From Thermoplasmata archaeon (GTDB lineage: Archaea > Thermoplasmatota > Thermoplasmata > Lutacidiplasmatales > UBA184), in NCBI GenBank assembly GCA_028864975.1, contig JAGWLG010000012.1:15745-79744 (forward strand): DNA of 64,000 nucleotides, written 5' to 3'. Shown piece after piece: positions 1 through 9,547 of this stretch. Each line of letters opens with the position of its first letter. Within the stretch, counting starts at the first letter, position 1. The position numbers were made by a program, and so were the translations under genes. The notes below the pieces were generated by a model. It did no database searches. It was not told the origin of the DNA and saw only the letters and a list, made by a program, of their open reading frames with translations.

Positions 1-348
1 TAGCTTCCCTCAGATCCCTTCGCAGCCGAGGCCGTTCCGGACCCGCCCTGGCTCACGCAGGGCGGGGGTTGGTGCGGGGGGCATGTGGGCCTGTAGCCAT
101 TCCCCGTTGGCGGTGAGCCGGTGCCGTTAGGTCCGGGGGGTGGGGGAGGCGGGGGACAGAAAGGGGGAGAAAGTCCTGTACCGTTGCCATGGATGGATTG
201 TGCCGATGTGCCGTTCCCCTCAGGGGGTGGCAAGGGAGGTGGACGGCATGGCGGCGGACTCGGCGACACGTTTTGCGGGCCGCTCGTCCCATTGGAGGGT
301 GGCGGGGGGGGCGGAGGACAACAAGGAGGAGGAGGAGGCTGGACGGCA

Positions 349-879
349 TCAGGCTCGCAACCCGGGCAGATGCTCGGCTACGACTTGCTCGAGCCTTCCC
401 TTGCGGTGCAGAACGAGGACGATCGCCAGGACATAGACCCCAAGGACCCCCGCAGCGATCGCGGCGTACAGCCAGTGCGCCGTGAGGAGTAGGGCGGCCG
501 CGTCCGCATACGCGAGCCCGAGCAGGGTCCCGCTAGCCACTCGAACGGAGTTCCGCGACTCGTAGTTGCCCAGGGACTGCCGAGTCCAGTCCCCTGCCGC
601 CCACAGCGGAGCCAAGGCCGCGAAGACCTGGACCCGCGGTGCGAGGGATGGAAAGCCCTGGGAGGACGCGAGGAACCACAGCCCCGCGAACAACAGCAGG
701 CCTAGGGCCGCGCCGAAGCATCGTGCGCAGAGACGTACCGAACACGAGGTCCCTGGTACGCAGAGGGTCCGCGGGTATCGTTCAGGGCGGTGATGGGAGA
801 GGATGAAGCCGATCCCCGCAGGGCGTGGGGCAAGGTCGTTCGCGGTGGAGGGGGAGGACCTGCGAGCGCCCACGATCAT
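349..879 (-). CDS. DUF2085-family membrane protein
   Basis: SHHRPER...LCARCFG and DWTRQSLGNYESRNSVRVASGTLLG match the DUF2085 pattern (CARC; D..Q..G..ES.N..R..TG); several TM helices. True start uncertain. Confidence 0.75.
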   Translation of the reverse strand: MIVGARRSSPSTANDLAPRPAGIGFILSHHRPERYPRTLCVPGTSCSVRLCARCFGAALGLLLFAGLWFLASSQGFPSLAPRVQVFAALAPLWAAGDWTRQSLGNYESRNSVRVASGTLLGLAYADAAALLLTAHWLYAAIAAGVLGVYVLAIVLVLHRKGRLEQVVAEHLPGLRA

Positions 880-942
880 GCGTACCCCGCGGGGAAGACC
901 GAGCTGCGCCCTTGAAATAGGCCTTCGGGGCTACGCGACCCC

Positions 943-1869
943 GTGGGCTACGGTGCGCCGCCATCCCCTCCACCGACGGTGGCCGCGCTCCCGGTCGTCC
1001 CTGTCGAGTACAAACGGAAGTACTCGCTCGCGCTCTTGATCATCCTCATCATCCTCTGCTTGCCTGTCGCCCTCATCTACTACTTCACTCGGGAGAAGGT
1101 ACCGGTCCAAACCCTCGGCGCCGCGCCCGTCGCGGTCTACGTGGGGCCCCCGCAGGCAGCTCCGCCCCCGGCCTATGGCGCCCCCCTAGTCCCTCCTCCG
1201 ACGGCCCCCACTCCCCTACCCCCCACAACGCCACCCGCGACGACGCTCCCACCGGCACCTCCGCCGCCCGTCCCGCCTCCTCCAGGATCGCCCTTGCCCT
1301 CCTCTCCTCCTCCCCCTCCTCCGGGACCTGCACCGGGGTTTGGTTCACGGCCGAATGTCGCGGCGACCGCGCGACCCGTGCCCCCGTCAGGGACCTCAGG
1401 GCTGCCTCCGTGGCCGCTGACTCCCCTCACCACCGTGGAGACCTCGGACCCCTCCAAGGTGTACGCCATGGCGAGCTCGTCGGGACTCGAGCGCGAACGG
1501 ATGCTGGTCATCGCCCCCGACGCCGGCGGCGCGCTCGCGGGGACCTACGCGCTCGTCGGCGCGACGATGTGGCGCCTCACCCGGAGCGAGGGGGAGAGCT
1601 ACATCTCTCCCGCGGACCCGGATCGATTGGGCGACCTCATGGTCCGCCACCTCGAGAAGACGAGCGGCCGCGCGGTCGTCCTGGTGGGGCTCGAGAAGGT
1701 CGTGGACGCCTGCGGACTGAAGGTCGCCATGCGGCTCCTCGAGGTCGCCCGCGAGACCGCCGAGACGAACAAGGGGACGGTACTGGTCGCCCTCAACACC
1801 GGGATCCTGAAGGAGGGCGATGTCCGTCAGCTCGAAGAGTTCTCTACCGTGGTGAAGGTCAAGGGGTAG
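943..1869 (+). CDS. Membrane-anchored DUF835-domain protein (N-terminal TM, Pro-rich linker, C-terminal DUF835)
   Basis: TM SLALLIILIILCLPVALIYYF; poly-Pro linker; C-terminal W.LTRSEGE..ISP...VVLVGLEKVVDACGLKVAMRLL...GTVLV pattern of DUF835; CTTGAAATAG at 911-920 upstream. Confidence 0.75.
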   Translation: MGYGAPPSPPPTVAALPVVPVEYKRKYSLALLIILIILCLPVALIYYFTREKVPVQTLGAAPVAVYVGPPQAAPPPAYGAPLVPPPTAPTPLPPTTPPATTLPPAPPPPVPPPPGSPLPSSPPPPPPGPAPGFGSRPNVAATARPVPPSGTSGLPPWPLTPLTTVETSDPSKVYAMASSSGLERERMLVIAPDAGGALAGTYALVGATMWRLTRSEGESYISPADPDRLGDLMVRHLEKTSGRAVVLVGLEKVVDACGLKVAMRLLEVARETAETNKGTVLVALNTGILKEGDVRQLEEFSTVVKVKG

Positions 1870-1895
1870 TCGGCGCGTCCCCTTGGACTCGTCCT

Positions 1896-3065
1896 TCAGA
1901 ACTTTCGTCCTAGTTCGGTCCCGAGCACGTTGAGGAGCTTCTCCCCGTGCTCCGGCTTCCACGATGAGCGATAGACCGGCGGAAGCTCTCCCCAACTTCT
2001 GGGGGGTTCGTCGCCCGTCGTCCTCTCGAACTCTTCTTGCCAGGGGATGGGCGTCGCTTCGGCGGGGTTGGTCCCGACCTTGCGGCCGGAGAGGATGCCG
2101 GCGGCACGGGCGAGGGTTCGTGAGACGCTCGAAGCGAGATACCCCCCACCTCCCGTCTCCAAGAGCCGACCCTGGCAAAGCTCGTGGGCGAGCTCGTGCA
2201 GAGTGCCCACCGCGTGGTCGTACGTGCGCGGAGTATACTGCAGATGGGCGAGCGGGTCGCCCGCATGGGCATCCACCCCGGTCTGGAGGACGACGAGCTC
2301 GGGCTTGAAGTCGCGGAGGAGCGGAGGGACGATCTTGTCGAAGATCGGCAGTACCGCGTCGTCGCCGGCGGTGGGGGGGAGCGGAACGTTGACCTTGAGC
2401 CCCTTGCCGTCCCCCTTCCCGGTCTCGTTCGTGAACCCCGTGCCGGGGAAGAGCGTGCGGCCGTCCTGATGGAAGTCGATGTCGAGGACCCTACCATCCT
2501 CGTAGAACCCGTACATCACGCCATCGCCGTGGTGCGCGTCGATGTCCACGTACGCCACGCGTCGGAGAGGATGTGGACCCTCCAAGGCCGTGGCGATCGC
2601 GAGGGCCACATCATCGTAGATGCAGAACCCGCTGGCGCGGCCGGGACGTGCGTGGTGGAGCCCGCCCGCCGGGTTCAGCGCGTGGCTCCCCGGATGTGCG
2701 AGGACATCTTCCAGTCCGACCAGGGTACCCCGAGCGATCCGGGCCGCGGCCTCGTGGCAACCCGGGAAGCCTGGAGTGTCGCCCGCGTCCAGGGCGGAGG
2801 GATGCCGGCTGCGTCCGACGTTCCGCACGAGCTCCAAGTACGAAGGTTCGTGAAAGCGGAGCAGCTCGGGGTCGCTCGCCACTTGGACCTTCTCCACCCG
2901 CCCTGGAGTGAGGGGAGGTGGAGAGCGGAAGAATCCACTCTCCTCCAACAACCGGACGCTGAGGTAGCGGCTCTTCTCCGTGAACGGGTGGGAGGGTCCA
3001 AAGTCGTACTCCAGGAACCGAGGGTCCCAGATGACGGAGAGCGGACATCGGTCGGGGAGCGGCAT
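1896..3065 (-). CDS. acuC: Histone deacetylase / AcuC-family Zn-dependent deacetylase
   Basis: GGLHHA, GFC, DIDAHHGDG, FHQDG..LFPGTG, QTGVDAH..DPL, GGGY all intact. Start moved to ATG 3065 (MPLPDRC) because the track ORF overlaps dcd. Confidence 0.9.
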   Translation of the reverse strand: MPLPDRCPLSVIWDPRFLEYDFGPSHPFTEKSRYLSVRLLEESGFFRSPPPLTPGRVEKVQVASDPELLRFHEPSYLELVRNVGRSRHPSALDAGDTPGFPGCHEAAARIARGTLVGLEDVLAHPGSHALNPAGGLHHARPGRASGFCIYDDVALAIATALEGPHPLRRVAYVDIDAHHGDGVMYGFYEDGRVLDIDFHQDGRTLFPGTGFTNETGKGDGKGLKVNVPLPPTAGDDAVLPIFDKIVPPLLRDFKPELVVLQTGVDAHAGDPLAHLQYTPRTYDHAVGTLHELAHELCQGRLLETGGGGYLASSVSRTLARAAGILSGRKVGTNPAEATPIPWQEEFERTTGDEPPRSWGELPPVYRSSWKPEHGEKLLNVLGTELGRKF

Positions 3066-3121
3066 CCGAACGGAAAGCCCAAGGGGCGAGTTGAGGCTTT
3101 GCTGGAGGGCCTCGAGGAAGT

Positions 3122-3670
3122 CTATCGGCCCCTCTTGCGGAAGTTGAGGTACATCCTCGACGGCACGGGGCGGTTCGAGATCTTCCGGTACTTCGCGCTC
3201 TTCTTGCGTGCGTAGTCCACGTCGACCTTGCCGCTGACCTCGAAGTAGATGAGCTGGCCGATGGGCATCCCGGAGTAGATCCGCACCGGGACCTTGGCGG
3301 AGATCTCCAGCGTCCAATAGTTGCAGTAGCCGACGTCGCCCTTGCCCGCCGTGGAATGGATATCGATCCCCAGCCTCCCGACGCTCGACTTCCCTTCCAG
3401 GAAGGGCACGTGACGATGGGTCTCCGTGTACTCCCGTGTGACCGCGAGGTAGAGCTGGTTCGGCATGAGAACGAACCCGGTCTTAGGGATGCGGAAGGTG
3501 TGGATGGGCGTCGGTTTCTTGACGTCGAGCTCGGGACGACTGTACGTCGCAAGCCACGGTCCGAGATGGACGTCGTACGAGTTCGTCCCCAGGCAATCTT
3601 CTCGGTAGGGGCGGATGACGATCGACCCCTTGCGCATCTCCTCGCGGATCTGCGCGTCGGTCAGGATCAC
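3122..3670 (-). CDS. dcd: dCTP deaminase
   Basis: MILTDAQI, NSYDVHLG, EGKSSVGRLGI, GDVGYCNYWTLEI, YSGMPIGQLIYF. Confidence 0.95.
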   Translation of the reverse strand: MILTDAQIREEMRKGSIVIRPYREDCLGTNSYDVHLGPWLATYSRPELDVKKPTPIHTFRIPKTGFVLMPNQLYLAVTREYTETHRHVPFLEGKSSVGRLGIDIHSTAGKGDVGYCNYWTLEISAKVPVRIYSGMPIGQLIYFEVSGKVDVDYARKKSAKYRKISNRPVPSRMYLNFRKRGR

Positions 3671-4263
3671 GGTGCGTCCTCGCGCGCGCGCACAGAGGCG
3701 TGGTATTTAGGTTCCTTTGTTCGCGCGGACCGGGCCGACCGCACAGGTCCGTGGAGGAGCGCCATGATGCGAGCCGGGGGGAGCGCGGCGTCAAGGACGG
3801 TGAACCCCGCCCTCCGCGCTTGGAGCTCCCAGGGGCGCAGGGTGCGGAACACCTGCCGGCGTTGAGGCTCGCTCTTCCCGAAGTCGTTGCCCTTTCGAGC
3901 ATTCAGGCGGCGCCGGATCAAGGAGGGGCTCGCTCTCAGGTAGTAGCACCTGGCGAAGAGCGGAAGGAAGGAGTACATGTTGTCCGCGTGGCCAAAGAGG
4001 TAGACCCCCTCTTTCCCCGAGAGCAGCTTGCGCAGACGGGGAGCGTCCCACACCCACTGCAACCCCTCCCATCGGTGCCATTCGTCCTTGGTGAGGGTCC
4101 GCCGCCGACCAGAGAGGTCCACGACGTGCGAGAGGTCGGGGACATCGTCGGCGTCGAAGGCGTTGAGCCCGCATTCTCGAAAGTACCGGGCGAGGTGACT
4201 CTTCCCCGCCCCGGCAGGACCGGAGATGAGGACAGAAGCCCCGCGGCCCGGACCTCGGCGCAT
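3667..4263 (-). CDS. P-loop nucleoside/nucleotide kinase-like protein (AAA_18/shikimate-kinase-like fold)
   Basis: Walker A LISGPAGAGKS, FDADD, YYLRASPSLIRRRL..R LID-type segment; 4-bp GTGA overlap with dcd. Confidence 0.7.
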   Translation of the reverse strand: MRRGPGRGASVLISGPAGAGKSHLARYFRECGLNAFDADDVPDLSHVVDLSGRRRTLTKDEWHRWEGLQWVWDAPRLRKLLSGKEGVYLFGHADNMYSFLPLFARCYYLRASPSLIRRRLNARKGNDFGKSEPQRRQVFRTLRPWELQARRAGFTVLDAALPPARIMALLHGPVRSARSARTKEPKYHASVRAREDAP

Positions 4264-4292
4264 CGAAGGGCCGAGGGGCCGCGCGGCATTAC

Positions 4293-4299
4293 CTTAAAG
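4293..4299. promoter_or_regulatory. Probable shared TATA box (CTTAAAG / CTTTAAG) of a divergent gene pair
   Basis: AT-rich island about 30 bp from the kinase start (4263, minus) and about 40 bp from 4338 (plus). Confidence 0.5.
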
Positions 4300-4337
4300 A
4301 GCCCTGCGACGCTCCGCCATGCGAAGGGCTCTCTTAG

Positions 4338-5534
4338 ATGCAGGGCGCGGCCGGTCCAGGTGGTGGGCCCTCCGGCGACAAGCCTCAGCTCTTCAAGCCT
4401 GAGCATAAGGAAGAGATCGAGGAGAAGGAAGGGCCCTACGTCCATCTCCCGCGGCACGGTGCCGCGTGGATGCTCGTGATCGGGGCGCTCATGATGTTCA
4501 TCTCCCTGGTCGCCCCCTGGTGGTCGTGGAGCATGAGCTCCACCTCGCAGAGCTCAGGGCTGTACCTGTTCGTCTGGGGGGTCGCCTGCTTCGGCTATTC
4601 CTGCGCCGGGTACTCCTCGACTCCCCTCAACGCCCCCACCAACCCCACGATGCAGGCGGGGAACTTCCTGCCAAACCTCGGGGTCCTCTACGGTACCGTG
4701 GCGACGATGGCCATCATTGCTGCCATCTTCGCCCTGGTCGCCGCGGCAATGATCTTCCGTGTCGCGCGCGGCTACTCCACCTACCCGAAGGCGATCGACC
4801 GTGCGGTCCTGCTCTCCTATCTGGCCGTCGCGATCTCGCTATCCACCCCCGTGATGCTCGCGGTCGCGCAAACCTCCTCGTTCCACGCCGATTACTCGTT
4901 CCCCAACGCCATGAACCCGAACCCGGGGAACTCGTTCTACGGAAGCTCAGGACCTGCGACCTACGGCGGCATCCAGTACACGACGATGCAGTGGGGTCCC
5001 TCCTGGGGCTGGTTCCTCTCGATCTTCGGCGGGGTCTTCTTCTTCTCAGGAGGGTTCGTTCCTCACCTGACGCGGCACGAGGCCGTGACCCGGGTGGACC
5101 TCATCCGGCAAGGGCTTCTCAAGATCCGCGCGCCGCTCCGCCGCGTCCTCCCTCCCCCCATGCGGACCCCCGGTCTCCCCGCCCCGATGGCCGTCGGGGC
5201 CCCTGGCCGTGTCCTGCCGCCCCCGATGCGTCCAGGCATGCCTTCGGGCTACGGGTACCCGGGCTACCAGTCCCTCTCTCCAGGGGTCGGCTGGGCCCGC
5301 GCCCCTCCACCGGCGATGGCCCCGGGGTATCGCCCGGCCGCGCTTCCCCCTCCCGCACGGCCCGTCCCTCCTCCTGCCCCCGTCTCGACCGCGAACGCTC
5401 CGGGCTTTGTAGGGCGAGCTGCGGTCGCTCCTCGCGTCGCGCCCAGCTCAGGTCCTGCGCGGGTCTGCCCCAAATGCTTGATCCAGGTGCCCCCTCCCGC
5501 AGCTCGCTGCACCAAGTGCGGGTCGTGGCTCTGA
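4338..5534 (+). CDS. 4-TM membrane protein (claudin/PMP22-like pattern) with Pro-rich tail and C-terminal zinc ribbon
   Basis: Four hydrophobic helices, Cys pair in first loop, Pro-rich cytoplasmic tail, terminal CPKC-x9-CTKCG. Confidence 0.7.
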   Translation: MQGAAGPGGGPSGDKPQLFKPEHKEEIEEKEGPYVHLPRHGAAWMLVIGALMMFISLVAPWWSWSMSSTSQSSGLYLFVWGVACFGYSCAGYSSTPLNAPTNPTMQAGNFLPNLGVLYGTVATMAIIAAIFALVAAAMIFRVARGYSTYPKAIDRAVLLSYLAVAISLSTPVMLAVAQTSSFHADYSFPNAMNPNPGNSFYGSSGPATYGGIQYTTMQWGPSWGWFLSIFGGVFFFSGGFVPHLTRHEAVTRVDLIRQGLLKIRAPLRRVLPPPMRTPGLPAPMAVGAPGRVLPPPMRPGMPSGYGYPGYQSLSPGVGWARAPPPAMAPGYRPAALPPPARPVPPPAPVSTANAPGFVGRAAVAPRVAPSSGPARVCPKCLIQVPPPAARCTKCGSWL

Positions 5535-5559
5535 ACAGCGCCTCCGAGGGCCGGCGCGT

Positions 5560-6456
5560 TCAGCCGGACCGTGAGATCGCGATCGAAGCGTACCCGACGA
5601 CCTGGTCCATCGGCTCCGCGTCCCCGCTGTGCCCTTTCGCCAGAAGCTCGGCCTTGGCATGGGACCCCTGCAAGGCACAGAGAAGCGCGGTGGTCGGAGC
5701 GATCCCGCACATCGAGATGTCCTCCTGCACGACGCGATCATAGAGTGCCCTAGGGTCCATCCGCAGGATCGGCTCGAGAGCCCGGTCGTCCTGTCGGCGA
5801 CAGACCTCGGGGGAGACGTAGTGAGAAAAGTCGGTCGACGCGAGCCACAGGACGTCCCGGTCGCCCACGACCTTCCGCAGGTGCGCGCCCAGCTCGGCGA
5901 GGAGGTCGAAGTGGGTGAACGTAACCTGCAAGGCGATCATTCGGAAACCTCCCGTGGGATAGACCGTCTGCAGGAACGGCAGTTCCACCTCGATCGAGTG
6001 CTCTCGCAGGTGGGCATCGGCGTCGAGATCCACGGGACCGCGGCCGATGGCCCCTGCGAGGTCCCGGTCCGTCGGGACCACACCCAGAGGAGTGCTCCAC
6101 TCCTCGTCCGAGACCGAGAAGAGCGAGCCCCTCCCATGGTGGTTCACGCCCAAGAGGAGGACCGTGCTCGGGACCGGCTCCTTGGCGAGCCGAGAGAAGA
6201 GATGCGCGGCGATGGGCCCAGAATAGATGTAGCCGGCATGAGGCACGATGCCCGCGAGGGTACGACGAGGGCCCGTGCTCCCCGGAGCGGGGACAGGGAG
6301 CCGACCGGGACCTCGCTTCCCCGAGAAGCACTCCTCCAATGACGCGCGGAGCGAGCGTGCGTCGCGCGGGTAGAATCCTCCGGCCACCGCAGGGACACGG
6401 ACCCGTGAGGGGCGCGTGGGTCGGACGTCGGCGGCGGCGTCCTTGAGGTCGCTCAT
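5560..6456 (-). CDS. MEMO1-family protein (AmmeMemoRadiSam protein B)
   Basis: RVPAVAGGFYP, IVPHAGYIYSG, LGVNHHG, EHSIEVELPFLQ, ASTDFSHY, SMCG, VVGYASI. Confidence 0.95.
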   Translation of the reverse strand: MSDLKDAAADVRPTRPSRVRVPAVAGGFYPRDARSLRASLEECFSGKRGPGRLPVPAPGSTGPRRTLAGIVPHAGYIYSGPIAAHLFSRLAKEPVPSTVLLLGVNHHGRGSLFSVSDEEWSTPLGVVPTDRDLAGAIGRGPVDLDADAHLREHSIEVELPFLQTVYPTGGFRMIALQVTFTHFDLLAELGAHLRKVVGDRDVLWLASTDFSHYVSPEVCRRQDDRALEPILRMDPRALYDRVVQEDISMCGIAPTTALLCALQGSHAKAELLAKGHSGDAEPMDQVVGYASIAISRSG

Positions 6457-6468
6457 GTCCCCTAGCTC

Positions 6469-6888
6469 CTACGCTCGAGAGAGCAACCCATGGACCTCTT
6501 TCCCTTCCTCGTCCGAAATGCCCCGCCGCTGTCGGGGGAAGGTCGGCTGGTCCTCGTACCGTGGGATCACATGGAAGTGCAGATGGAAGACGATCTGTCC
6601 GGCGAGGGCCCCCTGGTTGACGCCAACATTGTAGTGACGGCTCAGCCGCTCGACCCGACGGCAGACCTCGGAGAGGGTGCTCAAGAGAGGCGTATACTGC
6701 TCGCGCGGGAGCTCCGTCAAGCGGTCGACGTGGCCTTTGGGGACGACGAGGGTATGCCCCCGGCTCAGCGGGAACTTGTCGAGGAAGGCGATCGTGCCCT
6801 CATCCTCGTAAACGATCCGTGCCGGGGCCTCGTGACGTGCGATGGAACAGAAGATGCAGGGTCCTGCCGGGGAGGCTTCCGGAGGCAT
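6469..6888 (-). CDS. hit: HIT family hydrolase
   Basis: CIFC, AFLDKFPLSRGHTLVVPK, HLHFHVIPR histidine triad; start set at ATG 6888. Confidence 0.92.
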   Translation of the reverse strand: MPPEASPAGPCIFCSIARHEAPARIVYEDEGTIAFLDKFPLSRGHTLVVPKGHVDRLTELPREQYTPLLSTLSEVCRRVERLSRHYNVGVNQGALAGQIVFHLHFHVIPRYEDQPTFPRQRRGISDEEGKEVHGLLSRA

Positions 6889-7009
6889 CGGAAGCTCTGG
6901 ACGCGGCTTTCCTGAAAGAGCCTTCCCTTCTGGCGAGAGGTCGCGGGTCCAAAGCTCGCCCACGCAAGGGGACGGACACAGCCTTATCTTCGATAGGACG
7001 GATGATACG

Positions 7010-9547
7010 ATGAGTTCCATGCTCAACGCACGCGTTCGCTCGGGACTGCGGATCGGCCTGGTCTTCGCTCTGGCCCTGGTGATGGTCCTCCCGACCGGGG
7101 TCCTCCGTGGGGTCCACCTGCCAGGGGCCGGCCCGGTCAGCGGCACGGGAGCCTCCGTGAGCTCTCCCACGACGCGCTTCGACGCTTCGGCGTCGCCCTC
7201 CGACGCCTCCCAGATCGCTGCGCTCTCCTCTGGTCAACCGCTCGTCTTCGTCATTGGCATGGCCTATCCGGACCCTGGGGCCGTCGAGAGGTTCCTCGCC
7301 GATGTCGAGAACCCCTCGTCACCGAACTACCATCACTTCCTGACGTCGGAGCAGTTCATCCAGCGCTTCTCGCCCCCCTCCACGACCGTGGACGAGGTTC
7401 GGGGGTACTTCCTTTCCCGGGGGGCGACCTCGCTCACCGTCACTCCCGATCGCCTCAGCATGAACTTCGTGCTGCCGGCGGGCAAGGTCGCGACCACTTT
7501 CGGGACCTCTCTGGCATGGTTCCGAGCACCTTCGGGGACGGAGTTCTACGCCCCCATGGCTCCCCCGCATCTTCCCGCTCCCATCGCTCGCGCGGTCTCG
7601 CAGGTCGACGGACTGACGAGCGGTGAGAACACAGGAGTTCACACGTTCCTTCACTCCATGGGAAGCTTCTCCGTCGCTCCCAATGGGGGGAAGCTCTCAT
7701 CCCCCGCCCTCTTCGATACCACGACGGACGGGTCCCAGGTCTTCTGGGGAACGGACTACCCCGCGGCGTACGGCGCGCAGGGGCTCATCAACAGCGGGAT
7801 CACTGGAACCGGCTGGGCTGTGGACACGCTGCTTTGGTCGGGCTTCAACAACAGCGCCCAGAGCAACATGCCTCCCTACGACCCGGGGGCGATCTCCCAG
7901 TACCTCTCCGCAACGTTCCCGAGCGGGGCCATCCTACCGACGATCACCCCTGAGGCGGTCGCGGTTGGCGGGGCCACCCCGCCGCCGCCTGGGACCTACT
8001 CCCTGAACGACGATTCCGGGGCTATCATGGAGAACTCGCTCGACCTCGAGATGGTGGCGAGCACGGCCCCGGGGGCCCACGTGTACAACTGGTACATCCC
8101 CGGGAGCGCCCTGACGGGCCAGTCCGAGGCCCCCTTCTATGGAAGGTTCGACTTGGGCCTGAGCGCCGCGCTCGACTTCAACTACACGGTGAACGGCTCA
8201 CCGCACGGCCTCGCCGCCATCTCGAACTCCTACGGGCTCACCGATGCGAACGACAGCCTCTGGGACCAGCTGGAGGCGAAGGCCGCCGGTCAGGGGGTGA
8301 CCCTCCTGGTCTCTTCCGGGGACTCCGGGGATGCCCCCGATCTCGCGACGGGCCGGTCGCAGGGGGAGTGGCCCACCTGGCCGGCCACCGCCACGTTCGA
8401 CACCTATGGTGCGATCGCGGTCGGGGGAACGACCATCACCGTGGGCGGGGCGCCTTACCGTGCGGGCTACAACCCGGCCTCGGGCTACCTTCCGCCGATG
8501 GGCTACGATGCGAATCAGATCACCGGGCTCACGAGCCAGGTCGTGTGGTACCTGAACCAGACGGACCTCACGACGGGAGGGCGGGCCACCGCGGGTAGCG
8601 AGGGGGGCATCAGCTCGGTGTACAACGAGCCGCTCTGGCAGGCGCAGTCGGCCGCCCAGAGCGCCATCAAGTACGCCGCGCCGCGAGAGAGCGTCTCTTA
8701 CGCGCGAGGCGTCCCGGACATCTCCTCCATCGCGAACGAGACCGTGATCTACACCGACACGACCCCCTCGCTCTCTGGGACGTTCGTCGAAGGGACCTCC
8801 ATCGCCTGCCCGGTCTTTGCGGGCTTTGTGGTCCTCCTCGACCAGATGGACAGCACGAACGGGAAGGGGTTGGGCTTCCTCGACCCCCAGCTCTACGCCA
8901 TCGGCGGCTACTTCGAGAGCCAGGCCCCGGGGAGCCTCGCGGACCCCTTCGGCGGACTGGACGACGTGACCTCCGGGCAGAACTGGGTGTTCAATGCCTC
9001 CGTGGGTTGGGATCCCACGACCGGCTGGGGGACGCCCAATGTCGCTCGGCTCGCTTCGGCCCTCCTGAATCCCACCTACACGGGTTTCGTCTACAACCCC
9101 AATGCCGTGCCGGGCCAGGCGGGGTCGAACTCGAACCCCGCGCCGGGTCCCGGGTACGGCGGGCTGCTCTTCCTTCTCGTGGTCATCGTGGCGGTCGTGG
9201 TGGTCATCGCGGTCGTGGCGGTCGTCGTCTCCCGGCGCCGACACCACCCGGCCCCTGCCGCCGGGCCGCAGGTCGTGTATCATGCGGCCGCACCAGCACC
9301 TTACATGGCGGCCCCCCACCCCGCGTACGCCCCCTACCCCACCGCGCCCTCGTACGCCGCCCCTGCCCCCTACGCCTATGGTCCGCCCACCTACGGTTAC
9401 CCCATGCCCGCGCCCGTCCCTCCTCCCGCCCCGCCCCCGCCGATGCCGCCCCCACCGACGGCGGGTCCGGTCTTCTATTGCGGCTACTGCGGGAACCCGA
9501 GGCCCTACACCCGGTCGAATTGCCCCACCTGCGGCTCGCCCCTCTAG
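7010..9547 (+). CDS. Membrane-anchored sedolisin/kumamolisin (peptidase S53) with prodomain, C-terminal TM, Pro/Tyr-rich tail and zinc ribbon
   Basis: Signal peptide; activation prodomain (SPNYHHFLT.EQF..RF.P); catalytic ENSLD (Glu, Asp), SSGDSG (oxyanion Asp), GTS (Ser), Ca site DDVTSG.N..GWDPTTGWGTP; TM LLFLLVVIVAVVVVIAVVAVVV; CGYC..CPTC. Start ATG 7010 (or 7019), about 25 bp after CTTAT. Confidence 0.92.
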   Translation: MSSMLNARVRSGLRIGLVFALALVMVLPTGVLRGVHLPGAGPVSGTGASVSSPTTRFDASASPSDASQIAALSSGQPLVFVIGMAYPDPGAVERFLADVENPSSPNYHHFLTSEQFIQRFSPPSTTVDEVRGYFLSRGATSLTVTPDRLSMNFVLPAGKVATTFGTSLAWFRAPSGTEFYAPMAPPHLPAPIARAVSQVDGLTSGENTGVHTFLHSMGSFSVAPNGGKLSSPALFDTTTDGSQVFWGTDYPAAYGAQGLINSGITGTGWAVDTLLWSGFNNSAQSNMPPYDPGAISQYLSATFPSGAILPTITPEAVAVGGATPPPPGTYSLNDDSGAIMENSLDLEMVASTAPGAHVYNWYIPGSALTGQSEAPFYGRFDLGLSAALDFNYTVNGSPHGLAAISNSYGLTDANDSLWDQLEAKAAGQGVTLLVSSGDSGDAPDLATGRSQGEWPTWPATATFDTYGAIAVGGTTITVGGAPYRAGYNPASGYLPPMGYDANQITGLTSQVVWYLNQTDLTTGGRATAGSEGGISSVYNEPLWQAQSAAQSAIKYAAPRESVSYARGVPDISSIANETVIYTDTTPSLSGTFVEGTSIACPVFAGFVVLLDQMDSTNGKGLGFLDPQLYAIGGYFESQAPGSLADPFGGLDDVTSGQNWVFNASVGWDPTTGWGTPNVARLASALLNPTYTGFVYNPNAVPGQAGSNSNPAPGPGYGGLLFLLVVIVAVVVVIAVVAVVVSRRRHHPAPAAGPQVVYHAAAPAPYMAAPHPAYAPYPTAPSYAAPAPYAYGPPTYGYPMPAPVPPPAPPPPMPPPPTAGPVFYCGYCGNPRPYTRSNCPTCGSPL

